A stretch of DNA of 64,000 nt from an uncultured bacterium (GCA_965541585.1 CBEUCH010000002.1:1-64000); one strand, 5' to 3'; shown: positions 48,310 to 58,112, counted from the first letter of the stretch. The notes: generated from the letters alone by a model not told the origin. Made by a program: numbers and translations.

Positions 48310-48433
48310 GAATGAATCGCACGTTACAAAATTGAACACATACAAAGGTGCCATTCATTCCTATTTGTAATGAGACCCCCATAATGCCCGATACAAGCTA
48401 TTGATCACACTTATTCAAGGAGGAATGAATGGC
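48310..48433 (+). promoter_or_regulatory. Candidate translational switch: box A 48310-22, anti-RBS box B 48348-62, RBS/start box C 48421-33
   Basis: B gccattcattcct is the exact reverse complement of C aggaatgaatggc; A gaatgaatcgcac pairs 12/13 with gtgccattcattc. Confidence 0.6.
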
Positions 48434-48536
48434 TCGCAAATCAAGATGCGCCGGTTGGACCAAAACCAAGAAGCGCTGCAAAAACAAAGCTTGGGGCAAG
48501 TCCAAATATTGTTGGACTCACCGTCATACCCGTTAA
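48429..48536 (+). CDS. 35-aa basic Cys3His zinc-finger-like peptide (not in ORF track)
   Basis: AAGGAGG RBS; MARKSRCAGWTKTKKRCKNKAWGKSKYCWTHRHTR; followed by a terminator. Confidence 0.85.
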   Translation: MARKSRCAGWTKTKKRCKNKAWGKSKYCWTHRHTR

Positions 48537-48559
48537 GTTTATTACCAAGCTAATAGTAG

Positions 48560-48587
48560 GGGGCTCCTCGGAGCCCCTTTTTATTTT
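48560..48587 (+). terminator. Intrinsic terminator
   Basis: ggggctc-ctcg-gagcccc followed by TTTTTATTTT. Confidence 0.85.
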
Positions 48588-48797
48588 GTTGATATTGCAG
48601 GTCGTACCAACTATTTTTCCGCTGCGGGAAACATCGGGCATGAACAGTTGGAGTCATCAAGAGAACCGTTACGAATACCCGGATATTTCAAGAGCATTAT
48701 AAGAAAAATCATTGATTTGCTTTAAGGTTGTTTTATAATGCGGCGAAGCGGGTTGGAATCAAGCACAGAACCTGATAGGTTTTGAGAGGAGTTGTTG

Positions 48798-49829
48798 ATG
48801 AAATCGATAATACTTTCAGTAATTATGATTCTGGCGGCGATGCCGTCCGGTGCACAGGATCTCATAAAGCAGGGTGAGAGGCATTTTAAAAATATGCGTC
48901 AGCTGACATTCGCCGGGGAAAACGCAGAGGCATATTTTTCAAGCGATAATAAACAGATAATCCTGCAATCTACCAGAGACGACCTTGTATGCGACCAGAT
49001 ATTTACCATCGACGCCGACGGGAGCAACTCCATTATGGTCTCAAATGGTCTGGGTAGAACGACCTGCCCTTTCTTCAATCCCCGGAGCGGAAATATTATT
49101 TACGCTTCCACCTATCTGGCCGACACCCTGTGTCCCCCGCCGCCATCCATGGCGGAGGGATACGTCTGGGGGGTCTTTCCCGGATATGACATCTTCACCG
49201 CCGCACCCGATGGTTCCAACCTTGAAATACTTACATCAAGCGCGGGCTACGATGCCGAGGCGGTTTATTCTTACGACGGCAGCATGATCGTTTTTACCTC
49301 CACCAGGGACGGGGATCTTGAGATATATGTCATGAACAGCGATGGGGGCGATATCAAACGGGTCACCAATTATCCCGGCTACGACGGAGGTGCGTTTTTC
49401 TCCCCCGACGGCAAAAAGCTGGTCTTCAGGGCGCAGATGTTTGAGTCCGACGAGGAACTCGATGAATATAACAGATTACTTTCGAAGAACCTGGTAAAGC
49501 CGTCGAAAATGGAAATCTTCACTATCAATATCGATGGCACAGATAGAAAACAGATCACTGATAACGGTGCTGCGAATTTTGGGCCTTATTTTCATCCCTC
49601 CGGCGAGAAGATCATCTTCTCCTCCGATCTGGACAATCCCCGTGAACACAATTTCGAACTCTATTTAGTCGACATCGACGGCGGCAACCTGGAACGGGTC
49701 ACCTTCAGCGAGGAGTTCGATGGGTTCCCGATGTTTTCTTACGATGGTTCGAAACTGGTCTTGGCCTCCAACCGGAATAACTCCCGGCCGCGCGAGACGA
49801 ATATTTTTATAGTGGATTGGGTAGAATAG
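48798..49829 (+). CDS. TolB-like beta-propeller (PD40 repeats), secreted
   Basis: ENAEAYFS, YDAEA, FTSTRDGDLEIY, YDGGAFFSPDG, FDGFPMFS; start moved to ATG 48798. Confidence 0.88.
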   Translation: MKSIILSVIMILAAMPSGAQDLIKQGERHFKNMRQLTFAGENAEAYFSSDNKQIILQSTRDDLVCDQIFTIDADGSNSIMVSNGLGRTTCPFFNPRSGNIIYASTYLADTLCPPPPSMAEGYVWGVFPGYDIFTAAPDGSNLEILTSSAGYDAEAVYSYDGSMIVFTSTRDGDLEIYVMNSDGGDIKRVTNYPGYDGGAFFSPDGKKLVFRAQMFESDEELDEYNRLLSKNLVKPSKMEIFTINIDGTDRKQITDNGAANFGPYFHPSGEKIIFSSDLDNPREHNFELYLVDIDGGNLERVTFSEEFDGFPMFSYDGSKLVLASNRNNSRPRETNIFIVDWVE

Positions 49830-49875
49830 ATTTGATCTCTGGTATAACTTCGCACAACGTCGCAATGAAGGACGG

Positions 49876-51345
49876 TTACCTCGCCTCCACCACCTCTATT
49901 TTTATTTTTCCCAGGATTCGGTGCAGGAGGCTGGCCTGCTCAATTATGTCTCCCCTTGTTAATGCAATATGCGTGGGATTGATTAAGTTCTCGCCCCAGG
50001 AGGGGTCCATCATCACCCAGTCGCCGACGAATACCTCGGTCCAGGCGTGGTAGCCGAAACCGTCTCCTCGCGGCCAGTATATCAGACCTGCAACGGGGCG
50101 AGCCGGTATCCCAGCGGCCCGCATCAAAGCCACGGATAGGGCCGCATGCTCGCCGCAATCGCCCTGTTTGGAATGCAGAGTCTGCAAGGCATTGGATAAA
50201 TCAGCAGTGAATTCCTTTTCTATATTTGTGAAGACCCAGGCGTTGATTTTTTTAGACGCCTCGTAGGAATCCCTTTCATCGCCAACTATATTGCGGGCCA
50301 GTTTGATGATTTCCTCATCGCTGGATTGTATGTAGGGGCCGGCTTCCAGAAAGGGTTTCAACCTGCTCGACTCTATAGGTAAGCTTAGAACGTTTCCGGG
50401 ACCTTCCTGCCTTTTGATATCCACGGCCAGCAGGCCGGCGCTATCAATGGATACCGTTTGATTGCCGGTCTGAAGAATGTCTTCTATCTCTATACCGGCG
50501 ATGGTCAGTTTCAGGGATTTAAGTTTTCCGGGATCGTCGATCCTTTTTTTTGGCCTGATAATGTTATTTGAAAGCATGTCGAATGAGGTGTCAAGCTGTT
50601 TGGCCAGGCGCTCATTTTCGAGTTTCACGAGCATACCCGCTCCTACAGTCGTCTCGAACTCGTTTCCCGAACGGTCAATTACTGTTCTGCCGGTGAAACC
50701 TGCCTCGGGCATAATCCAGCTAACGGTGTAAACATCCGTGGGAACGCCGTTGAATATGTATTGATCCAGCGATTCAATTTTCGTCTGTTGATGCATCAGT
50801 CCGGTTAGAGGGGGAGTAGCTTCGAAAAAACTGATTGTAACGCTGTCGCCGACATTGGCTTTCCCCGATGAGAGGTATTGCTTCAAATATAAGAGGCTGT
50901 CGAGGTAATCCACCGGGTAGTCGAATACTTTCTTGAGTGATTGGCCACCTATCTTGCTTTCCACAATGAATTCATCGGCTTCCTTTTTTCCCTCCACGAC
51001 CATATCGCCGGTGGAACTCTTGATGACAAGTTTGCTCGTAAAGAGCTCGCCTCCCGGCGATTTAAAAAGCCTTGTATCTGTGGTCGTTATTGTTTCCGTT
51101 GCGCCTGCAGCGCTGATTATGATGGTCATCGCCTCCCGCCACCGCCAACCCTCAACCGGGCCGGGGACTCGATCCAGGTTTTTCTCGACATATCCGATTT
51201 TGGCTCCCTGCATATAGACGCCATACCAATCGGTTTTCAAATACTGATCGAAACGATGAGGATCGGAATCGGCCTGGACGGAAACCGATGATAAAACGAA
51301 AACGACTATAAAGGCGATCGCAAGCAGTTTTTGATTCGGAGACAT
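49876..51345 (-). CDS. Secreted transglutaminase-like domain protein
   Basis: Signal peptide; GDCGEHA, HAWTE, DPSW (Cys-His-Asp triad). Confidence 0.88.
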   Translation of the reverse strand: MSPNQKLLAIAFIVVFVLSSVSVQADSDPHRFDQYLKTDWYGVYMQGAKIGYVEKNLDRVPGPVEGWRWREAMTIIISAAGATETITTTDTRLFKSPGGELFTSKLVIKSSTGDMVVEGKKEADEFIVESKIGGQSLKKVFDYPVDYLDSLLYLKQYLSSGKANVGDSVTISFFEATPPLTGLMHQQTKIESLDQYIFNGVPTDVYTVSWIMPEAGFTGRTVIDRSGNEFETTVGAGMLVKLENERLAKQLDTSFDMLSNNIIRPKKRIDDPGKLKSLKLTIAGIEIEDILQTGNQTVSIDSAGLLAVDIKRQEGPGNVLSLPIESSRLKPFLEAGPYIQSSDEEIIKLARNIVGDERDSYEASKKINAWVFTNIEKEFTADLSNALQTLHSKQGDCGEHAALSVALMRAAGIPARPVAGLIYWPRGDGFGYHAWTEVFVGDWVMMDPSWGENLINPTHIALTRGDIIEQASLLHRILGKIKIEVVEAR

Positions 51346-51388
51346 TCTTTCCCCCTCGTTTATTCTCCCGGTATCGCGTTGGGTGGAA

Positions 51389-52381
51389 TCAACCGGATAG
51401 TTGTTTCAATTTTTCAGTTAGCATAGGCAATACGGTAAAAAGATCGCCCACGATTCCATAAGTGGCGACTTTGAATATCGGAGCCTCCTCGTCGCGATTG
51501 ATGGCAACGATTGTCTTCGATGACTGCATGCCAACCAGGTGTTGGATGGCGCCCGATATACCGCAGGCAACGTATAGCTTGGGATTGACGGTTTTGCCGG
51601 TTTGTCCGACCTGGTGAGCATACGGTATCCAGCCGGCGTCAACGGTAGCTCTTGACGCGCCTACGGCAGCCCCTAACACCTCCGCCAGGTCGCGGATCAA
51701 TTTAAAATTAGCCGGATCTCTCAAGCCTCGACCGCCGGAGACGATGATGTCCGCCTCGGTTAAGCTGATTTCCTGGCCTGTTTCTGCAAATTTCTCCAGG
51801 ACCTTTGTTCTCCCCCCGAACTTGCCGGGATCGAATGCCAATTCGCTTTTTTCACCCGAGCGACCATCGTCCGGTACAGGATCCTCGAAAGCCTTGGGTC
51901 TCAAAGTGGCCATCTGCGGTCCCGGGCCCACGGGGGAGACCTTTACAATCGCTTTTCCACCATATGTCGGCCGGGTGGCCAGGATGCTGTCACCATCCCA
52001 TTCGATTTCGATTATATCCGCCGCCAGCCCCGATGACATCGTCGCCGCCAGCCGCCCGAACAATGATTTTCCAAAAAACGTCGCCCCGCCGAGAATCGCC
52101 GCCGCATTTTCACTCCCGGCCACATCCGCCAGGATCTTGCAATAGGACTCGTCAATGAAATCTGTCAGCTCCGGGGCCTCACAAACGACGACTTTGTCCG
52201 CTCCGATTCTTATCAAATCATCGGCGAGAGGCGATATAGAATCGCCTATCAGCACCGATGTTACTCTCCAGGATTTCTCATCGGCCAGCTTTCTGGCCAC
52301 CCCCACGACCTGCCTCGACACAGGCGTAATCCCACCTTCTTTTATCTCCGTGAATGTCAATATCCCCGCACCACCAGCCAT
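51389..52381 (-). CDS. etfA: Electron transfer flavoprotein alpha subunit
   Basis: [38 protein letters not shown]. Confidence 0.95.
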   Translation of the reverse strand: MAGGAGILTFTEIKEGGITPVSRQVVGVARKLADEKSWRVTSVLIGDSISPLADDLIRIGADKVVVCEAPELTDFIDESYCKILADVAGSENAAAILGGATFFGKSLFGRLAATMSSGLAADIIEIEWDGDSILATRPTYGGKAIVKVSPVGPGPQMATLRPKAFEDPVPDDGRSGEKSELAFDPGKFGGRTKVLEKFAETGQEISLTEADIIVSGGRGLRDPANFKLIRDLAEVLGAAVGASRATVDAGWIPYAHQVGQTGKTVNPKLYVACGISGAIQHLVGMQSSKTIVAINRDEEAPIFKVATYGIVGDLFTVLPMLTEKLKQLSG

Positions 52382-52384
52382 CTG

Positions 52385-53545
52385 TTATTCCTTTCTTAAC
52401 GCTTTTTTTATCTCAAAAAAGACATCTTCGTAGCTTCTATCCGCATCTTTCATTGCCGTTATCATATCGTCGAATTCGGGGAGGATAATATCGCGGCCTT
52501 CCAATGTTGCTATTTTTACACCTATTTCTCCAACGGATGTCGATACGGTTACCTCCTTACGATGCAGTTTGATTCTCGATCTCGTCTCCACGCGTATCCC
52601 CAGCGTATTCCCCAGGGTGAATATAATTTTTGCCAGTTTGTTTAATTTATCCGGCTGGCACAATACTGTCAACAGATGTCCCGATCTGTTTTTCTTCATC
52701 AATACAGGTGTGATGAAGACATCGAGAGCCCCCGCCGAGAGCAATTCGTCCAACAGGGCGCCCGACATCTCCGGCGTTGACCGGTCGAGATTGGTCTCCA
52801 GGATCTTTATCGTATCATGATCGAATTCGAATTTGGTATCGGTTATCATCACCCTGAGCAGGTTTGGCAAGCCCGGTAGATCACGGGCCCCGGCGCCGTA
52901 ACCGGTGTATTCAAAGCTGGTTATTCCGGGATTTGTGAATTCTGCGAGAGTCGTCAGTATGGCAGCGCCGGTAGGGGTTGTCAGCTCCGCTTCAGTAGCG
53001 GTTATCCTGATCGGGAAATCTTTGACAAGCTCGGCCGTCGCAGGGGCCGGGACCGGCATAAGCCCATGATCTGTCTCTACGCTACCGGTGCCAAGAGGGA
53101 GCATCGATGAGTGAATCTTCTCTATCCCCAAAAGCTTCAATGCTGATACGGCACCTACAATATCTATGATAGCATCAACCGCCCCCACCTCATGGAAATG
53201 TACCTTTTCGATCGGTTGACCGTGAACTCTGGCCTCTGCCTTCGCCAGCCTGTCGAAGATGGCGATCGATTTCAGTTTGACATCATCATCCGCTTTTGAA
53301 GCAGTGACTAATTTGACTATATCATCGGGATTGCGAGGCGGCTGATCCTCGGTAACTTCAACGTTGAATTTGGTGGCAGAGATATGATTCTTGGTGACCT
53401 TCTCGAACGATAGTTTATAACCGGAAAGACCCAGCCTGTCGATCTCAGCCTTGAGATCATCAAACTGCAATCCGGCGTCAAGGAGCGCGCCGATAATCAT
53501 ATCCCCGGCGACGCCGGAGAAACAGTCGAAGTAGGCGATTTTCAT
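52385..53545 (-). CDS. larC: Nickel pincer cofactor biosynthesis protein LarC
   Basis: DCFSGVAGDM, HFHEVGAVDAIIDI, PVPAPAT, TPTGAA, ETNLD, MKKNR, PEFDD. Confidence 0.92.
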   Translation of the reverse strand: MKIAYFDCFSGVAGDMIIGALLDAGLQFDDLKAEIDRLGLSGYKLSFEKVTKNHISATKFNVEVTEDQPPRNPDDIVKLVTASKADDDVKLKSIAIFDRLAKAEARVHGQPIEKVHFHEVGAVDAIIDIVGAVSALKLLGIEKIHSSMLPLGTGSVETDHGLMPVPAPATAELVKDFPIRITATEAELTTPTGAAILTTLAEFTNPGITSFEYTGYGAGARDLPGLPNLLRVMITDTKFEFDHDTIKILETNLDRSTPEMSGALLDELLSAGALDVFITPVLMKKNRSGHLLTVLCQPDKLNKLAKIIFTLGNTLGIRVETRSRIKLHRKEVTVSTSVGEIGVKIATLEGRDIILPEFDDMITAMKDADRSYEDVFFEIKKALRKE

Positions 53546-53561
53546 CTTTTAGTAATCCTAT

Positions 53562-54551
53562 TCAATTTCTCATCTTGCTAAGTAATTTTAGGGCTTTTGG
53601 CGTAAGAACATAAAATTGTGCTTTACCGCCGAAAGCTATTGGACTTATTGTAACCTCCCGATCAATCAAATTCTTCTCTATAAGATCAGCTACCAATAAT
53701 TTATAATCGCCTCTCGTGATACTTATATTTTCGGTAAGATGTTTAAATAATTCCTCACTCTCTAACTTCTCATTTTCACTTTCAAGCAACACTTTAAGAA
53801 ACACAATTTGGTTAGTCGAGATTATTTCAGTTTTTTCGCCTTTATTTTTGTCCATTTTTGATATTCTATCAAGAAGTTTTATTCCTCTATCTAATATTTT
53901 GAAATAAATGTCTCCGGCATATTCATGACCACCTGCTATGGTCCCTTCTGCTATAAATTTATTTCTTATAAGATTTGCAATAGCCAAATTAAAAGTATAT
54001 GTCGAAATATTAAATTTTTTATTAAGGTAAGCAAGTAATGTAGGTCTATTAAGCTCTAGATATTTTCGGTTTGCAAGAATAAACAGGCAGTAAATTTCTT
54101 GTTCAGAAAGATCTATTTCGTCTTTATAATTATTGACGCTTATTGATTTCTTGTATCCCAATTCCCTAATAAGTTGCTCAATGGCGCGAATATAATTTCC
54201 TTCTGTAAAAGAGATATAGGTCTTATTTTTCATGGACGGTAGTTTTGCTTCATCAACCTTTATGAATATTTTGTTTTCATCGCTAAATAGACTATCTGCC
54301 CATCCCATTTCCATAGCTACATTAGGTTTAGTATGTACATTTCCGCTTTTATCTGTCGTGTCAGGGGTTACGACGAAGATGATTTTATCGCATTGCTCCA
54401 TATAATATTTTGCTTTATCTTCTGTGTTTTTCCCGGAGCTTTCTAGTTTTTCTACTATTATTGGCTCAAATCCTAACGACGTAATTAAATCTTCAAAATC
54501 ATCTATCCTAACCCACCCCGAACTAAATGAAATAAATACTTTTTCAGACAT
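53562..54551 (-). CDS. TIR-like nucleotide-binding domain protein with two C-terminal winged-helix-like segments; AT-rich
   Basis: KVFISFS, CDKIIFVVTPD, KPNVAMEMGWA, LPS; two segments ending in LIRNKFI...FKILDRG and LIEKNLI...YVLTPKA. Confidence 0.75.
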   Translation of the reverse strand: MSEKVFISFSSGWVRIDDFEDLITSLGFEPIIVEKLESSGKNTEDKAKYYMEQCDKIIFVVTPDTTDKSGNVHTKPNVAMEMGWADSLFSDENKIFIKVDEAKLPSMKNKTYISFTEGNYIRAIEQLIRELGYKKSISVNNYKDEIDLSEQEIYCLFILANRKYLELNRPTLLAYLNKKFNISTYTFNLAIANLIRNKFIAEGTIAGGHEYAGDIYFKILDRGIKLLDRISKMDKNKGEKTEIISTNQIVFLKVLLESENEKLESEELFKHLTENISITRGDYKLLVADLIEKNLIDREVTISPIAFGGKAQFYVLTPKALKLLSKMRN

Positions 54552-54560
54552 TTGAGTTGC

Positions 54561-55325
54561 CTAATACCCTTTCACCATCTTCAGAGCTGCCATGGCGGCG
54601 CCGAAACCGTTGTCGATATTGACCACCGTTACCCCCGGGGCGCAGGAATTGAGCATGGCCAGAAGCGCCGCTATACCTCCGAACGAGGCCCCGTATCCCA
54701 CCGATGTGGGAACCGCAATCACCGGGGCAGTAACGAGACCGCCCACCACGGAGGGCAGCGCTCCTTCCATACCGGCCACCACTATAATCACTGTGGCGCT
54801 CCTGAGCTTATCCTGATAAGCCAGCAGTCGATGAATGCCGGCAACACCGACATCGTATATCCGCTCCACCTTGCCGCCGAAGGCTTCGATAGTCGCTCCC
54901 GCTTCCTCGGCCACACCGAGATCCGAGGTGCCGCCGGTTACCACTGCAATGACCCTGTTGCCGCTCTTCTTCTTCCGCCTGCGGGTTTTAACTATCATTC
55001 TGGCGGCCTCATTATACTTCACATTTTTATACTTGCGTTGCAATTTGTTACATAGCGCCTTGTCGGTGCGACTGATCAATATGTCTGAGCCTGCCTTGTG
55101 CATTCTTTCGAATATCTTTAGTATTTGCCGATCGGTTTTCCCGGGCGCGAATATAACCTCCGGCGCTCCCGTTCTGATGGTGCGGCTATGGTCGACCTTG
55201 GCGAATCCTATATCCTCAAAGGAAATAGATTGAAGTTTCCGGGTACCCTCTGCGACCGATAGGTTGCCGGAGGCGATTTTTTGAAGAACCGATCTTATTT
55301 TCTCAGAATCCACGGCAATCGCCAA
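54561..55325 (-). CDS. larB: Nickel pincer cofactor biosynthesis protein LarB
   Basis: AKVDHSR, PEVIFAPGK, GTSD, DVGVAGIHRL, AGMEGALPSVV, PTSVGYG, VNIDNGFGAA. Confidence 0.93.
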   Translation of the reverse strand: MAIAVDSEKIRSVLQKIASGNLSVAEGTRKLQSISFEDIGFAKVDHSRTIRTGAPEVIFAPGKTDRQILKIFERMHKAGSDILISRTDKALCNKLQRKYKNVKYNEAARMIVKTRRRKKKSGNRVIAVVTGGTSDLGVAEEAGATIEAFGGKVERIYDVGVAGIHRLLAYQDKLRSATVIIVVAGMEGALPSVVGGLVTAPVIAVPTSVGYGASFGGIAALLAMLNSCAPGVTVVNIDNGFGAAMAALKMVKGY

Positions 55326-55327
55326 AA

Positions 55328-56341
55328 TCAGTCTATAATGCCGGCTTCAAAAACCTTGTCGCTTTTATCAAATTGTTTTTCTATCTCTTCGAGATATTTG
55401 TATAGCAGATCTTTTAGATCTGATGGCGATTCCATACGGACCAATCTCCCCCTGATTTTAGATGCCTCCGGCATTCCCTTGATGTACCGGCAGAATCGGG
55501 AACGCATTTTGTATAGTCCGGATGGCAGCCCGTAATGTTCTATGTTCATGTCGAGATGCTCCAGAGCCAATTCGATCCTCTGGCGATAAGTCGGTGGCCG
55601 CGGGATATCACCTGTCCTGAGATGTTCTTTGATATCCCGGAAAATCCAGGGGTTGCCAATAGAGGCCCTGCCGATCATGATGGCGTCGCATCCCGTCTGA
55701 TCAAACATCCTTCTGGCATCCCCGGGCGTTGATATGTCGCCGTTTCCGATCACCGGGATTCCCAGTGCTTGCTTCAGTTCGGAGATCTGCGACCAGTCGG
55801 CTTTTCCAGTGAATCCCTGAGTCCTCGAGCGGGGGTGAAGAGTGACAGCCGACGCTCCGCAGTTTTCAATAATTTGTCCGGCCTCCAGGTAAACGGGCTC
55901 CTCCTCTTTCCATCCTGACCGCATTTTCACAGTTACCGGGATGTTAATGCTATTGACAATGCTGGAGATAATCTTCTCCATCAAATTCAGATCTTTAAGG
56001 ATCGAACTGCCTCCGTTCTTGCCAACGATCTTGCGCGCCGGACATCCGAAATTTATATCTATGAAATCCGGCTGCAGTTCGCTCAGGATCTTTGCCGCCG
56101 ATGCCATGGAATCCGGATTTTTCCCGAAAAGCTGTAGGCCAAATGGTCGCTCGTAATCGTCGAATCTGGCCAAGTTAAGGGTTCCCCTGCCATTACGTAT
56201 AACTCCTTCGGCTGAAATAAGCTCCGAGACGGTGATATCAGCGCCGAATCTTCGGGCAATCTTCCTCGATGGGGAATCGCTGATTCCGGCCAAAGGAGCA
56301 TATATGACCGCCTTGGATTCTTTAAAGTTCAGCGGGTTCAT
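55328..56341 (-). CDS. dusB: tRNA-dihydrouridine synthase B
   Basis: APLAG, IDINFGCP, VTVKMRSGW, HPR, IGNGDI, MIGR; start moved to ATG 56341. Confidence 0.93.
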   Translation of the reverse strand: MNPLNFKESKAVIYAPLAGISDSPSRKIARRFGADITVSELISAEGVIRNGRGTLNLARFDDYERPFGLQLFGKNPDSMASAAKILSELQPDFIDINFGCPARKIVGKNGGSSILKDLNLMEKIISSIVNSINIPVTVKMRSGWKEEEPVYLEAGQIIENCGASAVTLHPRSRTQGFTGKADWSQISELKQALGIPVIGNGDISTPGDARRMFDQTGCDAIMIGRASIGNPWIFRDIKEHLRTGDIPRPPTYRQRIELALEHLDMNIEHYGLPSGLYKMRSRFCRYIKGMPEASKIRGRLVRMESPSDLKDLLYKYLEEIEKQFDKSDKVFEAGIID

Positions 56342-56347
56342 TCCGAC

Positions 56348-56376
56348 AATATACAAGAAGTGAAAATTCTCGGCAA
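56348..56376 (-). promoter_or_regulatory. sigma70-like promoter, leaderless configuration for dusB
   Basis: TTGCCG-N17-TATATT-N6-ATG. Confidence 0.55.
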
Positions 56377-56476
56377 GGCAATTAATGGGCGCCATAGAGA
56401 CTGCCTTTACAACAAAAGGTTGACAAAACTCGGCCGTTAGCGCACATTGCTACGGTGCCCTTTGAGGAGGGGGTTT

Positions 56477-57169
56477 ATGCCTGAAATAATAGTTAAATAT
56501 GAAGAAAAGGTTATCGAGAAATTCATAACCGAGAAAAAGAGAGTCACCATCGGGCGGACTCCTGATAACGATGTGGTTCTCGATAACAGAGGAGTCTCTC
56601 GTCGTCATTCTCAGATAGAGTTCGGTGACGACCAGGCTGTTATAATGGACAACGAGAGCCTTAACGGCACTTTTGTCAACTCCCGCAGGATTTCCGAGGA
56701 AGTTTTGAAAGACAACGATATAATTACGATAGGAAAGTACTCACTTATCTACCATGCCGAGCCCGAGAAATCGGGATCGCCCTTCAACTCCGACGGAACC
56801 ATGGTGCTGCAGACTAAAAAGCAACGGGAGCTTCTCGCTAAGGATAAGAAGGATAGAGAGATGACTGTCCTGGCGGGCACCTCGGTCCTTCTGGGTGAGG
56901 CAGGGGCGGACTTCGATCAATTTCCACTGAATCGAAACGTCATTACAATTGGCAGATCCTCTTTAGCCAACGTCAAAGCCAAGGGCATTTTCCTCTCCGG
57001 AATTCAGGCCAAGATCGTACAAGAAGATAATGGATTCTGGGTTGTGAATCTCGGTAAGAAGGGCAAGACAAAAATTAATGGCGAGGAAGTCGACCGCTAT
57101 ATGCTGAGGAATGATGATATTCTTCAGGTCGGCAAGACAGTTTACCGATTCGTGGAAAGCAAACCTTAA
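56477..57169 (+). CDS. Double FHA domain protein
   Basis: IGR...VSRRHS...SLNGTFVN; second, degenerate FHA; GAGGAGG RBS before ATG 56477. Confidence 0.88.
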   Translation: MPEIIVKYEEKVIEKFITEKKRVTIGRTPDNDVVLDNRGVSRRHSQIEFGDDQAVIMDNESLNGTFVNSRRISEEVLKDNDIITIGKYSLIYHAEPEKSGSPFNSDGTMVLQTKKQRELLAKDKKDREMTVLAGTSVLLGEAGADFDQFPLNRNVITIGRSSLANVKAKGIFLSGIQAKIVQEDNGFWVVNLGKKGKTKINGEEVDRYMLRNDDILQVGKTVYRFVESKP

Positions 57170-57897
57170 TGAGATATGGCTTCTTCTCTGACGTGCACGC
57201 CAATCTGGAAGCCCTAAAAGCCTGCATCCTGGATTTCAGGGCCCAAAAGATAGACAAACTGTTTTTTCTGGGGGATGCCGTCGGTTATGGCCCTAATCCC
57301 GACGAATGCGTTAAGCTCATACACGGAGTATCCGATATCGAATTGATGGGTAACCATGATTACGCCGCCCTGGGGCTTATGAAAACCGAGTATTTTAATC
57401 AGTATGCAGCTCAGTCGATGGGTTGGACGAAAGATTCTCTGTCGAAAAAAGCTATTGAGATGATGTCCGATTTCGAACTAACGTATCAGATCGACGATAT
57501 ATACATGGTACATTCGTCGCCCAGGGATCCCGAGAACTGGTACTATATACTGGATATGGATGATGCCGAGGAGAGTTTTGATTTTTTCGAGCAAAGAATT
57601 TGCGTGGTAGGTCATACGCATCGGCCGTATATAGTCTGCAAATGTCCATCGGAGGGTGCCGTCCTTTCCGAGCAGACCGAGGAAATTCTGAAGGATGATT
57701 GCCGCTATCTGATAAATATCGGCTCGGTGGGGCAGCCGCGGGACGGCGATCCCCGGAGTTGTTATTTGATCTATGATACTGAAACTGCAACCGTGAAATT
57801 ACAACGGGTCCAGTATGATGTCCGGAACACCCAGGATGACATGTCAAAGCTGGGCCTGCCCGAGTACCTGATCGAGCGATTGACCGTCGGAAGATAG
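57169..57897 (+). CDS. Calcineurin-like metallophosphoesterase
   Basis: SDVHAN, LGDAVGYG, GNHD, GHTH, GSVGQPRDGD. Confidence 0.9.
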   Translation: MRYGFFSDVHANLEALKACILDFRAQKIDKLFFLGDAVGYGPNPDECVKLIHGVSDIELMGNHDYAALGLMKTEYFNQYAAQSMGWTKDSLSKKAIEMMSDFELTYQIDDIYMVHSSPRDPENWYYILDMDDAEESFDFFEQRICVVGHTHRPYIVCKCPSEGAVLSEQTEEILKDDCRYLINIGSVGQPRDGDPRSCYLIYDTETATVKLQRVQYDVRNTQDDMSKLGLPEYLIERLTVGR

Positions 57898-58112
57898 TTA
57901 TACCTGGAGAAACTTTGTCGTTAGTTTTGAGAATAGCCGTATTCCTATTTGCGCTTGCGGGCATGATAGCGATTTCCGGATTTATATGGCCAGCGTAGGA
58001 ATATTCCCGAAGAGTCCAGCACCATAAATTCCTCTTATTATCAGGCATATCGGACTTTTGTCGGCCGTCCGGGGAGCCCGTCCACAACCTTTTCCACCAG
58101 ATAAGAGTTTTC

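Noticed and set aside
48441..48641. Minus-strand 66-aa ORF
   Set aside because: Shadow of the plus-strand peptide and its terminator; no recognisable motif.
379..55325. Acetobacterium-type lactate operon (lctBCD + lar)
   Set aside because: Components are tens of kb apart and incomplete; not an operon.
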